64,000 nucleotides of DNA, taken from NCBI GenBank assembly GCA_019058445.1, contig JAHPZA010000006.1:512001-576000 (forward strand), read 5' to 3'. A program made the translations under genes and the position numbers. The first letter of the stretch is position 1. Each line of letters begins with the position of its first letter. Origin of the DNA: Promethearchaeota archaeon. GTDB taxonomy: Archaea; Asgardarchaeota; Lokiarchaeia; Sigyniarchaeales; SOKP01. Below are positions 17,226 to 27,705 of this stretch, in pieces. A model generated the notes under the pieces. It saw only the letters and a list, made by a program, of their open reading frames with translations. It was not told the origin of the DNA and made no database searches.

Positions 17226-19313
17226 TTAATTTAATGTTTCATAAAGGTTATCATCTAGCTCTTCTAAATACATAGATGCCTCGAGCAAATCATTCCTTCC
17301 ACTGAATCTCGATCTTGATAAAAACAGATTTGTCTTAGCTCTAGTCAATGCTACATAGAATACTCGTCTTTCCTCTTCTAAATCCTCATCTATAGTTAGA
17401 TTTTGGTAGCTTGGAAAAAAACCATTCTCTAACATGGGAAGAAATACATTTTCCCATTCTAATCCTTTAGCTCTATGAATTGTTGAGATAATTAGTTTAT
17501 CTCTATCATTTCCTTTTTTTTCACTATGATATTCACTTTCATTCAAACTTAAATCATTGAGAAACTTACCAATTATTTTGAAATCATTTCCGATTTCAAT
17601 TAATAAATCTATATCATTCAATCTCTCCTGAAAGCTCTCATCATTCTCATTTCTCTTATATTTTTCCTCAAATATATTATAAAATAAAGGAGATTTGATA
17701 AATGAGTTAATTATCATTCCTACACTTCCTGTGAAAGAATAAAATGTTTTCATAATCACGATAATTTTATCGATAGTTTTATCACCTAAACGAGATATTT
17801 TACCTTTCTGCTTAAGTTTAATGATTCTTGCTTTTAGTTCCCTTTTATTGATTAAAAGAGACACTGGATTTTTCGATTTATATATAAGTTCTTCATAGAT
17901 CTTTATTGCATTTGTTTCTCCTAATCCGTAAATATATTTTGTTGCGATTCGTTTCCAGTATCCTTCCGCAAAGACGTCTTTTGGATTATATCTAAACGCT
18001 AGAAAAGCCAATAAATCACGTATATGAGCTTTCTCAAATAAAGAACGCCCTCCTCTTACTTCGAAAGGAATCTTATTTTCTGTTAATTTTATCATTAATT
18101 TATTAATATAATATATTTCCTCTCTGTTACCTCGTAGCGATCTAAATAATAAAGCGATTTCCCCATAAGGTTTTCCCTCTTGATGTAATTTTATAATATT
18201 TTCAAGAAGCCAATTTATTTGTTCTTGAAAGGTTTCTGCTTCAAATAACAAGGGCTTCATTCCAGATTCTCTATTAGAACGCATGTCCTTTTCATATCGA
18301 AAATAATTATTTTTAATAGAGTCATTTGCTAAATAGAGGATTTCAGGTATACTTCGATAATTCGTAGTTATATTATATTGTGTACACCCATAAAAGTTCG
18401 TTTGGAAGTTTAGAAAGTTCTTGATATTAGCTCCTCTAAAAGCATATATGGATTGAGCATCATCTCCAACAACCATTAAGCAAGATTTTTCATTCAGTTT
18501 AGCTAGTTTTGTAATTATCTCATTCTGAATAAAGTTAGTATCTTGATATTCATCAACTAAAATATATTTATATCTTTTGGCAAACTTCTTAACACTCTCA
18601 AAATCTAATAATCTACTCCAAAGTATAAGCAAATCATCAAAATCTATTTTTGAAAATTTTTTTTTTATATCTTTATATCTTTTATTAATTTCCCTAATTT
18701 GAGAAAGAAATCCTTTAAACTCTTGAAAACGCCAATCTATTGTTTCAGCAAGATCTCTATTACAATTAGCAGAACTACTAAGGACCTCTTTTATGTTTTT
18801 AGCTTTAGGAAATTTCTTCTTAATCTCTTGTAATAGATCATCTTCTTTATCTGGATGAATCACTAAATATTGTGGATTAGATATTAATTCATCTCTACAT
18901 GCATCATCAATACATTTATTAATTAAATCCCTTGCTTTACTCTCATCTAAAATATCATATCTTCCATATTTTAACATACCCTTGAAACGTTTCAGAAAAA
19001 CTGTATGAGCAATACTATGGAATGTTCCTGCTGTAATGGAAGGCATAAATCCCAATAATTTTTTCACACGTCCTAACATCTCCTCTGAGGCTTTATTTGT
19101 AAAGGTAACAAGCATTATCTGTTTAGGTGATACATCCATTTCAATTAACTTAGCTACACTATAAGTAATTGTCCTTGTTTTACCAGAACCTGCACCTGCT
19201 AAAATAAGCATTTTACCCCTTAGATTATTTACAATCTTTAATTGTTCCTTATTTAGTTTATTTTCATAATGTATCTGTTTTGGCTTCATTTTTAGCGATC
19301 TTGTCAATTCCAC
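17226..19313 (-). CDS. UvrD/PcrA/Rep SF1A DNA helicase
   Basis: AGAGSGKT, VTFTNKAS, VDEYQDTN, VGDDAQSIYAFRGA, NYRS, STIHRAKGLEW, EEERRVFYVALTRAK. Confidence 0.92.
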   Translation of the reverse strand: MELTRSLKMKPKQIHYENKLNKEQLKIVNNLRGKMLILAGAGSGKTRTITYSVAKLIEMDVSPKQIMLVTFTNKASEEMLGRVKKLLGFMPSITAGTFHSIAHTVFLKRFKGMLKYGRYDILDESKARDLINKCIDDACRDELISNPQYLVIHPDKEDDLLQEIKKKFPKAKNIKEVLSSSANCNRDLAETIDWRFQEFKGFLSQIREINKRYKDIKKKFSKIDFDDLLILWSRLLDFESVKKFAKRYKYILVDEYQDTNFIQNEIITKLAKLNEKSCLMVVGDDAQSIYAFRGANIKNFLNFQTNFYGCTQYNITTNYRSIPEILYLANDSIKNNYFRYEKDMRSNRESGMKPLLFEAETFQEQINWLLENIIKLHQEGKPYGEIALLFRSLRGNREEIYYINKLMIKLTENKIPFEVRGGRSLFEKAHIRDLLAFLAFRYNPKDVFAEGYWKRIATKYIYGLGETNAIKIYEELIYKSKNPVSLLINKRELKARIIKLKQKGKISRLGDKTIDKIIVIMKTFYSFTGSVGMIINSFIKSPLFYNIFEEKYKRNENDESFQERLNDIDLLIEIGNDFKIIGKFLNDLSLNESEYHSEKKGNDRDKLIISTIHRAKGLEWENVFLPMLENGFFPSYQNLTIDEDLEEERRVFYVALTRAKTNLFLSRSRFSGRNDLLEASMYLEELDDNLYETLN

Positions 19314-19863
19314 TTAAATTTTTTCTAGCTTTTTCTGAACTAGAATTCCTTTTTCAAGTATTTATCTTTTATTTTTCTGTTTTAAGTAAGTTTCAAAAAA
19401 AATCCAATCAGCAATGATCTTCTCAATAATAAAAATCTCTTTTTTAATAAAATAGATGTCTTTATCATAACAATATAATGTTGATTTGCTACACTTCAAA
19501 ATATCATGTTCAAATCTTAATTTGTATTTTGAAAGAAATTTATTGAATTATTTAATTATAACATTATTTTTATGACTCAATTCTTTTCTATCATTCTGAA
19601 TTCTTTAAAAACTGAGAAAAGAAGTCTTCATGAATTAAAAATTTATATTTTTTATTATAAAATATCTCATCCAATATTACTTTCCATCTAATTTTGTTTA
19701 AAATTCGACTTCATCTAATTGTATTCAGTTATCACTTTTTATATTTTTATGAAAAAAGTTAAAGAGGGAAAAGAGATCCCTAAAATCTCATTATTCCCCG
19801 ATAAATTTAAATACATATGAAATCTATGAGATTATAGCAAGATTAGAATAAAAATGTTTTAGC

Positions 19864-21174
19864 ATGACTAATTGTGAAGAATTGAAAAACATAGTAAATA
19901 ATCCAGATGAAGAAAATTTAAAAATAGAATTTAAAAATTCACACATATTGAAAACAAACAAGGGTAAGAAGAAAATTGCAAAAGAGATTGTCTCATTTGC
20001 AAATAAATACGGGGGGAAATTAATTTTAGGTATTAATAAAGATAGATCGTTTGAAGGAAAGAATATATTTAATGTTGATATTGATAAAGGGAAAATTGTT
20101 GGGATTATTAGAGATAGAATTAGTCCTAATTTAAATTGTGAGATTGAATTTTTACCTTGTATTGAAGGTGATGTAATAGTCATAAATACACCAAAAAGAA
20201 AAGATATGCCTAATGCTGTTGTTAAAAAAAGTGATGGAAAAATAATAAATAGAGGATATTATACTAGAACTTCTCATGGGATAAGAGATGTTTCAGATAA
20301 AGAATTACAATATTTATTTAAAGAAGAAAAAATCAATTTTTCATACCCCTTTAAAATTGTTATTAATTACATAAAAGATTCTTTAAGAATTCCTCCATTA
20401 GGTCTTGAAAGCCCTTCATGTATTAAACAATATTATTTACCTCTAATAGAAAAAATACCAAATGAGATTCTCGAAAGTATTAAGAGTGAATTCGATGATA
20501 AATTTCGATTTTTTATGGAAATCACCCCTTATATTTTACTTATGTCATTCACTTTTTATTTTAAATATTCCTGGTTAATAGAGGTTAAAAGACATAATGG
20601 TCAAAGAAGTAGTAGAGCAATTTCTACAAATGTGCCAAAGAAAAGAATTCAAATTAATGAATTACCAACTCTCCCTAATGATTCAATATTATCTAAATTC
20701 TCAATTGATATTAGGGAAATTTTAGATGAGGTGAGTTTCCGGGAATTTTTTATCCCTATTAATATGGATTTAAATATTTTTAAAAAAAAGACAGTTGGTT
20801 ATGAAATAATAATGGAACATGAAGATTTTAAATTTATTATCTCTTTTAATTTTGATATGTGGGGATTAGGTCTTGATCAATTACATCCACGAAGAGCTAC
20901 TTATTTAAATCAATATTTATATGAAGGAAAAGAAAATATTAATGATCAATTTGAACATATTCAATTTGATTGTAAATTTAATACGGAATTTAAATTTCCA
21001 GAAAATAATCCCGAATTATTTGATAATTTTTATCACTATGCGAAAACAATTAAAGATATTCTTCTAAATGAATGGGATTATCAAAAATATATAAAAAAAT
21101 TACCTCATCATTTACTCTATTCGATTGATTTAAAATTAAAGGATATCTCAAATTATTTACAAAATAAAAAGTAA
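19864..21174 (+). CDS. AlbA_2/Schlafen-core domain protein with unknown C-terminal domain
   Basis: EENLKIEFKNS...IAKEIVSFANKYGGKLILGI...YYTRTSHG. Confidence 0.85.
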   Translation: MTNCEELKNIVNNPDEENLKIEFKNSHILKTNKGKKKIAKEIVSFANKYGGKLILGINKDRSFEGKNIFNVDIDKGKIVGIIRDRISPNLNCEIEFLPCIEGDVIVINTPKRKDMPNAVVKKSDGKIINRGYYTRTSHGIRDVSDKELQYLFKEEKINFSYPFKIVINYIKDSLRIPPLGLESPSCIKQYYLPLIEKIPNEILESIKSEFDDKFRFFMEITPYILLMSFTFYFKYSWLIEVKRHNGQRSSRAISTNVPKKRIQINELPTLPNDSILSKFSIDIREILDEVSFREFFIPINMDLNIFKKKTVGYEIIMEHEDFKFIISFNFDMWGLGLDQLHPRRATYLNQYLYEGKENINDQFEHIQFDCKFNTEFKFPENNPELFDNFYHYAKTIKDILLNEWDYQKYIKKLPHHLLYSIDLKLKDISNYLQNKK

Positions 21175-21502
21175 TAATTATTACAGATTCAATATGTTGA
21201 GTATATGGTAATTTTAAGTAGTACCTTAATAAAAATAATTAAAAACCTAAATTATTCACGTTTGGGTTTATCTTTCTTTTTTAATTAAGATTAAGAAGTT
21301 CCTTCAGCTCTTTCAATCTCAATGGTAAGTTTGTAATCTGCTCTCAAATCAAAATGATCAACAATTTTTTTTATACATATAATTTTGCCTGTCTTGCTTA
21401 GATTTCCATTTAAATACCATGATTTTACGATACTTATTATAGGGCGGATAGAATTTTTCTTCAAATGATCGTTTAAGCAAATATTGAAAAAACTCGAAAT
21501 TT

Positions 21503-23137
21503 GGGTAGTTACAAAATTTCGTGATGGGTTTTAAATCTTTGGTGACATTTTATCCTTCTTGGATTGCGAAGTATTCGTGCCAAAGTTGTTGGTAATTTCC
21601 ATACCATTTCTCAAGCTTATTAAATTCCGCTTGAAAATAGCGATGCTGAGCACTCATGGTACGTTTATCTGGAAGTTCGGACAGAATAATTTTAAACTCA
21701 TCATATTTCGTCTTTAAATAGCTAATATGTTCGGGAAATCGACCAAAATTATGTTTAAATACACGATAATCAAGAATTCGCTGTGCGCCTTGAGGAGTCA
21801 TCATGCCTCGCTTAAACGATGGGTAGTAGGTATACTTCTTATGATATGCCTCTAAAAGGTTATTAGTTGTAGGGATAAGCGGATTCCGCTGATAGGCTAT
21901 AATTTTTGGAAACCATGATTCTAAGTTTTTTAACGCTGTTTGTAAGTGCTTAATCTTTTTACCCTTTAATTTTTCTACTGTATGGCGCACGATTTCTAAT
22001 TGTATGTAAGCATCTGCCTCATGCCTCGAATCAATCAAGTTATAGAAGCGTTTTAAAAGCCATCTCCACTTCTTTGGAATTGGTTTTACTGACTGAGTAG
22101 ATAAACCTGCATAAGCCTTCACATGTTTGGATATCATCCATTTCACATGGGTTAAACAATTTTGTTGGATGATATGTTTGAAACTATGTGATTTAAATAG
22201 CCTTCCTAAATTAGTCGTACAATCTTTTACAATTCCATTTATCCAAAGTACGTTATGGCAGCGCGCCTCTTTAAACAAATGATATCCGGCGCTCCTGCCC
22301 ATGGAATCAGATATTTTTGCGGCTGGTACAAACCTCGTTACCACATCCACGGTGTCTAAGGTGTACATCTTCTCACCTCCAATTCGCATGTGAATCTCAT
22401 CATACCCCCAATATCCGCTTGATGGGACTGGAGTTTCTTTTAATATTTTTCTAAGCGGTTTAGTGACCTCCTCTATCCAATAGACAATGGTAGATCTAGG
22501 AATTTCTAAATTAAAATCTACCTTGAATATTTGTTGGATTTGTGAAGGCATCAGGCCATTCATATAATGTTGCCGAGCCCGACGTTTATGATTTTCATGG
22601 TATTTGCCATATTTTGGGGCAATTTCAGAATAATCAGGGTGTACTTCGCCACACCGCTTACATCGCTTTCTATGAATGCGAAATTCATGCTTCCCGAGAT
22701 CTTTATCTAAGATTGCTATTCGCGGATATTGCCCGTTTTTTCTCAATCTCCTCCCACATTCAAGACAGTGCGTTTCTTTTATATAAACGTCTCCTTCTGC
22801 CATCATTTTTATTTTGTAATCGCTTCTAATGGAATTGGTAGCTCTTTTCTTTTCGTCGGATATTAACCCGTTGATTTTTTGATCAAAAATTTCTGGAAAA
22901 AATTTATTAAGTGTGGTTTGTTCTATCTTTATGGGAGTATTTCTTTTACTTGATTTTGGTATGGGCATATTAAAATTAAGTAAAGGACTCCTAATAAATC
23001 TCTCCTTTTAATATTATGATTTAACGATGGAAATCACACCCCATAACCTCTGTTTCTATTGGAAAGGATAGATCATAAAAATTTGGATATAAATTATCAT
23101 CAAGTATTCTTAAAATCACAGAGTTTTGTAACCAACC
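21503..23137 (-). mobile_element. Complete insertion sequence (IS6/ISH6-like), 1635 bp, 23-bp imperfect TIRs, 8-bp TSD
   Basis: Left end GGGTAGTTACAAAATTTCGTGAT vs right end (reverse complement) GGTTGGTTACAAAACTCTGTGAT, 18/23 identical. CGAAATTT is duplicated at 21495-21502 and 23138-23145. Confidence 0.9.
21550..22968 (-). CDS. DDE transposase with N-terminal Zn-ribbon
   Basis: CLECG...CKRCG, HTH region, GYDEIHMRIGGEKMYTLDTVD, IVKD, CLTH, TTNNLLEAYH; lies between the TIRs. Confidence 0.9.
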   Translation of the reverse strand: MPIPKSSKRNTPIKIEQTTLNKFFPEIFDQKINGLISDEKKRATNSIRSDYKIKMMAEGDVYIKETHCLECGRRLRKNGQYPRIAILDKDLGKHEFRIHRKRCKRCGEVHPDYSEIAPKYGKYHENHKRRARQHYMNGLMPSQIQQIFKVDFNLEIPRSTIVYWIEEVTKPLRKILKETPVPSSGYWGYDEIHMRIGGEKMYTLDTVDVVTRFVPAAKISDSMGRSAGYHLFKEARCHNVLWINGIVKDCTTNLGRLFKSHSFKHIIQQNCLTHVKWMISKHVKAYAGLSTQSVKPIPKKWRWLLKRFYNLIDSRHEADAYIQLEIVRHTVEKLKGKKIKHLQTALKNLESWFPKIIAYQRNPLIPTTNNLLEAYHKKYTYYPSFKRGMMTPQGAQRILDYRVFKHNFGRFPEHISYLKTKYDEFKIILSELPDKRTMSAQHRYFQAEFNKLEKWYGNYQQLWHEYFAIQEG

Positions 23138-23287
23138 CGAAATTTTTCTTTAAATGGATTTGGTTTAAATAATATAGAAAATTTTTGGAGTATGATTGTT
23201 ATTAATAGGCGATAATTTTATATTATTTAAAATTCAATTTAACAATGAAGCAAAATTCAAAATTATGAGTTAAAGGAGGAATAAAAA

Positions 23288-23998
23288 TTGGCTCTTTCGC
23301 GAGATGAGATTTTAGAATATATCAATACAAATCAGATTATTACGCGAAATTTCGAAGAAAAATGTTTAGAACCTGCAAGTTATGACATTCGATTGGGTAC
23401 TGAGGGGATTACATCCAGCAATAAAAAGATAGTCAATATAGAAGAGTTAGGATATTTGGCAATTGAACCTGGAGAATTCGCAGTTTTCACGAGCTTGGAA
23501 TTTTTTGAAATGCCGAATGATATCGTTGGAAATATAGGGATGAAATCCAAGTATGCCCGGAAAGGATTAATATTACTAGTAGGATTACAGATTGATCCAG
23601 GATTTAAAGGATATCTCACGCTTCGAATGTTCAATACAAGTACCCAAAAAATCGTATTATCATACAGGGATAAAATTGGGATGGTTCAATTTATTAAACT
23701 AAATGTACCTGCAAAAAAACCTTATAGTGGTCCTTATCAAGAACAATTGACAATACCACCCGAAGATATTTCCCATATAATAGAAGCAGAGGGAATGACA
23801 ATGGGGAATGTTATAAAATCCTTACAAGGTCTTATTACGTCTATAAATGATTTAAAAAACTCCCAGGAAAATCTAAGAAAAGATTGGGAGAAACATGAAG
23901 CTCGAATGGAACGGCATGAAAAGAGAATAGAGTGGATATTTGGGATCATTCTCGGCGTTCTCACGGTAATATTCACTATATTTACATTTATTCAATAG
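23288..23998 (+). CDS. Dcd/dUTPase-fold protein with C-terminal coiled coil and TM anchor
   Basis: EPASYDIRLG, KSKYARKG, IDPGFKG, PYSGPYQ; C-terminal WIFGIILGVLTVIFTIFTFI; AGGAGG RBS upstream. Confidence 0.8.
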   Translation: MALSRDEILEYINTNQIITRNFEEKCLEPASYDIRLGTEGITSSNKKIVNIEELGYLAIEPGEFAVFTSLEFFEMPNDIVGNIGMKSKYARKGLILLVGLQIDPGFKGYLTLRMFNTSTQKIVLSYRDKIGMVQFIKLNVPAKKPYSGPYQEQLTIPPEDISHIIEAEGMTMGNVIKSLQGLITSINDLKNSQENLRKDWEKHEARMERHEKRIEWIFGIILGVLTVIFTIFTFIQ

Positions 23999-24217
23999 GA
24001 TAAAGTTTGCAAAGGTGTAATTTTGTGCTTATAGACTTGAAATTAGATCGATTTAGTAAATTTGGATTAAAATTCTCCAAAAATTTATATAAAAAACTTT
24101 TTTTTACATTATCATCAAAAGATGCCTCATTATTTATTGAATGAAATTCTTGAAAAATTTTAAATTGAAAGCCTAGTGTCAAGTTCATTTCTACCCCGAT
24201 GGTGATTTATCTTAGTT

Positions 24218-25069
24218 ATGACTTACGTAGAAAAATTACAAGAACGATCAAAAATATTAATACAAATAACTGGAGTAATGGTTGCATTTTTTATTGCAGC
24301 ATATCTAAACTTTTTAGATTATAGATTTAAGCACGAATACTCATTTAATATCTTACTCATAGGATTATCAGCAATAGTTTTAAGCTTCCTTTTCTCAATT
24401 ATGGGGGCAATTTTCAGCACAAGCGGTCTACTCTGTAAAAATAAGAGCGAAGGGGGCAATAAGGATGATATGAAGATGGCATTAAATGTTACATTTATCT
24501 ACATTCCTCTTTTAAATCTTGTGATTGCTATGGCATGTATTGCACACGCTTTTTTATTAGAAGTGGACTTTCCATTGTGGACTTTTTTATATATAATAAT
24601 TCTAATTGGAGCTAGCTGTAGTGTGAGTCTCTCCTTTATATATAAATTTTACTTATCGAACTTATCCATAACGAGTAAGAATTATGGAAACACTATTTTT
24701 TTAATTTTTTTTATTATATTCTTAGTGTTATTTTATATAACAGAGGTGTTCATCTCCAAATATACCGTAATTAATGCTATATTCCTTCCAACGATGTGGT
24801 TATTTAGTATAATTTGGGGAGCTAGCTTAGTAGCTATTATACTAATCTCCATAATTTACCGAAACAAAATGAGAAAAAAAATAAAAGATATGCCATCCAA
24901 GGACAAAAAAGAGGAATTTGATACTGAAATTGATAATTTAAACAAAATAAAAACCCATTGGATTATTTTGGAGGTTATTTGCATAAGTGTTTATGTCGTA
25001 TGTTTATTGATATTTAGTTATTGTATTTTAAGCTCTTACTGCATTTTAGCTTTATTTAATGCTGTATGA
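24218..25069 (+). CDS. Orphan multi-pass membrane protein
   Basis: 283 aa with about 7 hydrophobic segments; GGTGAT RBS upstream. Confidence 0.65.
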   Translation: MTYVEKLQERSKILIQITGVMVAFFIAAYLNFLDYRFKHEYSFNILLIGLSAIVLSFLFSIMGAIFSTSGLLCKNKSEGGNKDDMKMALNVTFIYIPLLNLVIAMACIAHAFLLEVDFPLWTFLYIIILIGASCSVSLSFIYKFYLSNLSITSKNYGNTIFLIFFIIFLVLFYITEVFISKYTVINAIFLPTMWLFSIIWGASLVAIILISIIYRNKMRKKIKDMPSKDKKEEFDTEIDNLNKIKTHWIILEVICISVYVVCLLIFSYCILSSYCILALFNAV

Positions 25070-25103
25070 TTATTTTGATATTATAATTTCTAAATTTTCA
25101 ATG

Positions 25104-25347
25104 TTAGATCATTCCATCTTCAATTAAAAAGTCGATCCAGATCATCAAGTCAGTTTGAATTTGATTTTTTCGTTCCAGGAAGAACATAATTTTTTGCTCA
25201 TGCAGTTCAATTTCGTCTTTGCTCGCGTTAAACAAGGTGAGTTGAACTTTTTCTTCTATCAATAATTCTAATGAAATATTAATCCGTTTGATCTGCTTTA
25301 GGATATTTTTAAATTTTAAATAGATTTCTCATTTTTTTTTAACTCAT
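25104..25347 (-). pseudogene. Relic of a small helical protein gene
   Basis: About 75 open codons (EIYLKFKNILKQIKRINISLELLIEEKVQLTLFNASKDEIELHEQKIMFFLERKNQIQTDLMIWIDFLIEDGMI*), but the start region is broken by stops. Confidence 0.4.
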
Positions 25348-25371
25348 TTTCATTTGAATTGAGCTTATTTT

Positions 25372-25710
25372 TTAATTTATTAATTGTTTTTCGATTAACT
25401 TTTTAGCTTTTTCGGTTAAATGAAGTTTGGGAAACCATGGGTTATTGTAATCAAGGCTTGGAGCTAAAATTCCCGATGTTATATATTCCCATATCTTATC
25501 CGAAACTTTAAGATAATCTTCATTAGATAAAACGAGCTCCCGTGATTTTACATTCATATAATCCATATTAGTAGCTATACTCTGAATTTTTTTATATAAT
25601 TCATTTGTAATTCCTACGTAAAAGATCATATTCCTTTTAATTAGCTCTTTAACAATATTTTCAACTTTTTGATCATCAAAACTTTCATATTCAGTTGATA
25701 TTTTAATCAC
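25372..25710 (-). CDS. Hypothetical protein, possible winged-helix domain
   Basis: IWEYITSGILAP...PWFPKLHLTEKAKK resembles a wHTH wing. Confidence 0.55.
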   Translation of the reverse strand: MIKISTEYESFDDQKVENIVKELIKRNMIFYVGITNELYKKIQSIATNMDYMNVKSRELVLSNEDYLKVSDKIWEYITSGILAPSLDYNNPWFPKLHLTEKAKKLIEKQLIN

Positions 25711-25944
25711 CTTGGATTTATTTTAGTTTGATTTCGATTCAAGATTAGAATTTTAAATTTTTGTCAATTTTTTATTAATTGTAAAAACTTTTAAAATTTT
25801 GTATAAAATAACAATAGGATTAGAATCTAAATAATTGTGTTATCAAAATTTTATGAAATCTAGATTTAAAAAAAATTTATATCCAAATGAATATTGAATA
25901 AAATAGAATTTTTGACAATTTTATAAAAAAGCAAGGGCTTAAAG

Positions 25945-26412
25945 ATGTCAAATAATTTAATTTTATCAATTGTAAATACTAGTATTTTTATCTCCTGTAT
26001 AGTTATACAGCTTCTAGTTGCTTGGTTAAGTATAAACGACGCAAATTGGATAATTATTGGCTTAATAGGTTTAACACTCGGATTTGCTTCATTATTTATC
26101 AATAATCCAACTAGTGCTGGAATTGGATTTGGTTTCATAATGGGTTTTTGTTACGGCTACCTTCTATTGTTGTACTTAATATATTATGATCTTTTTGTAA
26201 AATATGGAATAAACATGCCTATAGCAATATTAGGTATCTTTGGATTTTTAATCAGTATATTAATTATATTCTTTTTTCTTAAAGATCCAGAATATCGAGG
26301 ATATGAAAGAGTTTTGAGATCTAGACCTTCAGGGGATAGAATAATTGAACTTATAACTGCAATTATTATGCTTATTGTTGCTATTATTTCTTTAATTGAA
26401 ATTTATGAATAA
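25945..26412 (+). CDS. Orphan membrane protein
   Basis: 155 aa, about 5 TM segments. Confidence 0.6.
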   Translation: MSNNLILSIVNTSIFISCIVIQLLVAWLSINDANWIIIGLIGLTLGFASLFINNPTSAGIGFGFIMGFCYGYLLLLYLIYYDLFVKYGINMPIAILGIFGFLISILIIFFFLKDPEYRGYERVLRSRPSGDRIIELITAIIMLIVAIISLIEIYE

Positions 26413-26481
26413 TAAATTGATAAGATTTTTTTCTAATTTTATTTCTTTAATTTTCTTTTCATAAAAAGACAAATAAGAAAA

Positions 26482-26691
26482 TTTAGACTTTTTAAGGTCT
26501 CCGAGGGTCACATGCTTTATTTCCTCTCAATTAATCATTTCTCTCATAGGGGAGGATGAATAACAAATTTATGTTCTTCCCTTAGCAATTTCAGGAGAAT
26601 TTTGCACAATTCCATCTTTCAGAAGTTTTTTCATATAATAATTCACTTTTCCTGCAGACCACTTCACTTTTTTTGACAGGATGTAGAAATT
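26482..26691 (-). pseudogene. Winged-HTH regulator pseudogene
   Basis: Reverse translation FYILSKKVKWSAGKVNYYMKKLLKDGIVQNSPEIAKGRT*ICYSSSPMREMIN*EEIKHV: HTH pattern with two in-frame stops. Confidence 0.6.
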
Positions 26692-26802
26692 AAAAGAATT
26701 AAATATTATAGTTAAGTAAAAATAATTAGAGATCAAAAAATTTAGTACTTACTAATAGACTAAATAATTCAAAATCAAACCAAAATTCAAAATGGAGGTT
26801 AA

Positions 26803-27339
26803 TTGTTGATGGATAAAAATCTCAATTCTGAAAATTCCCTGAGCACTCCTCCAACCTATTCAGATCCTCAAGGACTCGAAGAAAGCGTATTTAACAAAAA
26901 TAAAAGTCGGGGAAATACGCTTTTTCAAACTATTGGAATTATGTTAGCTCTGTTTTTTCCCGTGTTTTTGAGTATTAAGCGAGAGCTCTCGTCGTCTCAA
27001 TATAACTTATTTATGCTCGCTCAGTGGTTTTTGTTTGCTAGTTTTTTCGCTTCAATGATTGGATTTCTATTTCTATACAATCCTCAATGGACAGTAAAAC
27101 ACATGAAAGCGTGGAAAAAACTATTCTTATTTACTCCCACTATTTTGTTAGCTATAGCTTTACTCTTAATCGCATATGTCTTTAGCGAATTAGAAGAGTC
27201 ATTGATATTGGTTCGATACATTTTTATTGGAACATTAGTTTTAATCGCTTTAATTTTTTCGAGATCAATTGTTTCTCTGATTCAGATTAAGATCGAAACT
27301 CTTAGATACAAGAAAAAATCTAAGAACAAATTAAACTAA
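26803..27339 (+). CDS. Orphan 4-TM membrane protein
   Basis: 178 aa; GGAGGT RBS; first helix resembles that of 24218..25069. Confidence 0.6.
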   Translation: MLMDKNLNSENSLSTPPTYSDPQGLEESVFNKNKSRGNTLFQTIGIMLALFFPVFLSIKRELSSSQYNLFMLAQWFLFASFFASMIGFLFLYNPQWTVKHMKAWKKLFLFTPTILLAIALLLIAYVFSELEESLILVRYIFIGTLVLIALIFSRSIVSLIQIKIETLRYKKKSKNKLN

Positions 27340-27371
27340 AATCATATTTTTTTTCTTTATACTTTTTTACA

Positions 27372-27449
27372 TCAAACATGTCTTACATAATGTAATCGAA
27401 CGAGACCAGAATCATAAGTCACTATGTTAACTAAAATTAAATTAATTTG
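27372..27449 (-). pseudogene. Isolated 3' end of a RibD_C/DHFR-like gene
   Basis: QINLILVNIVTYDSGLVRLHYVRHV* matches the usual RibD_C C-terminal strand pattern; no upstream gene body. Confidence 0.5.
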
Positions 27450-27705
27450 AAATGATGTAGAGATTTTTATTTCTCTACTTTTTAACAATAGCAAAGAACG
27501 TAGTTATATTAAATTATCGCGTATAATTCTGCGAAGGAGAACACAAATCCAATTTAAAATATGAATAAATTTAAATATAAATTTAATTATCTTTTATCTA
27601 CTGAAATAAAACTCCATACCAGATAGGCTATGCGAAATTTAAGTATTATTTCATAACTTTATTTTTTTTAAATCCAATTAACGACTCAGGAAATAACAGG
27701 GTATA

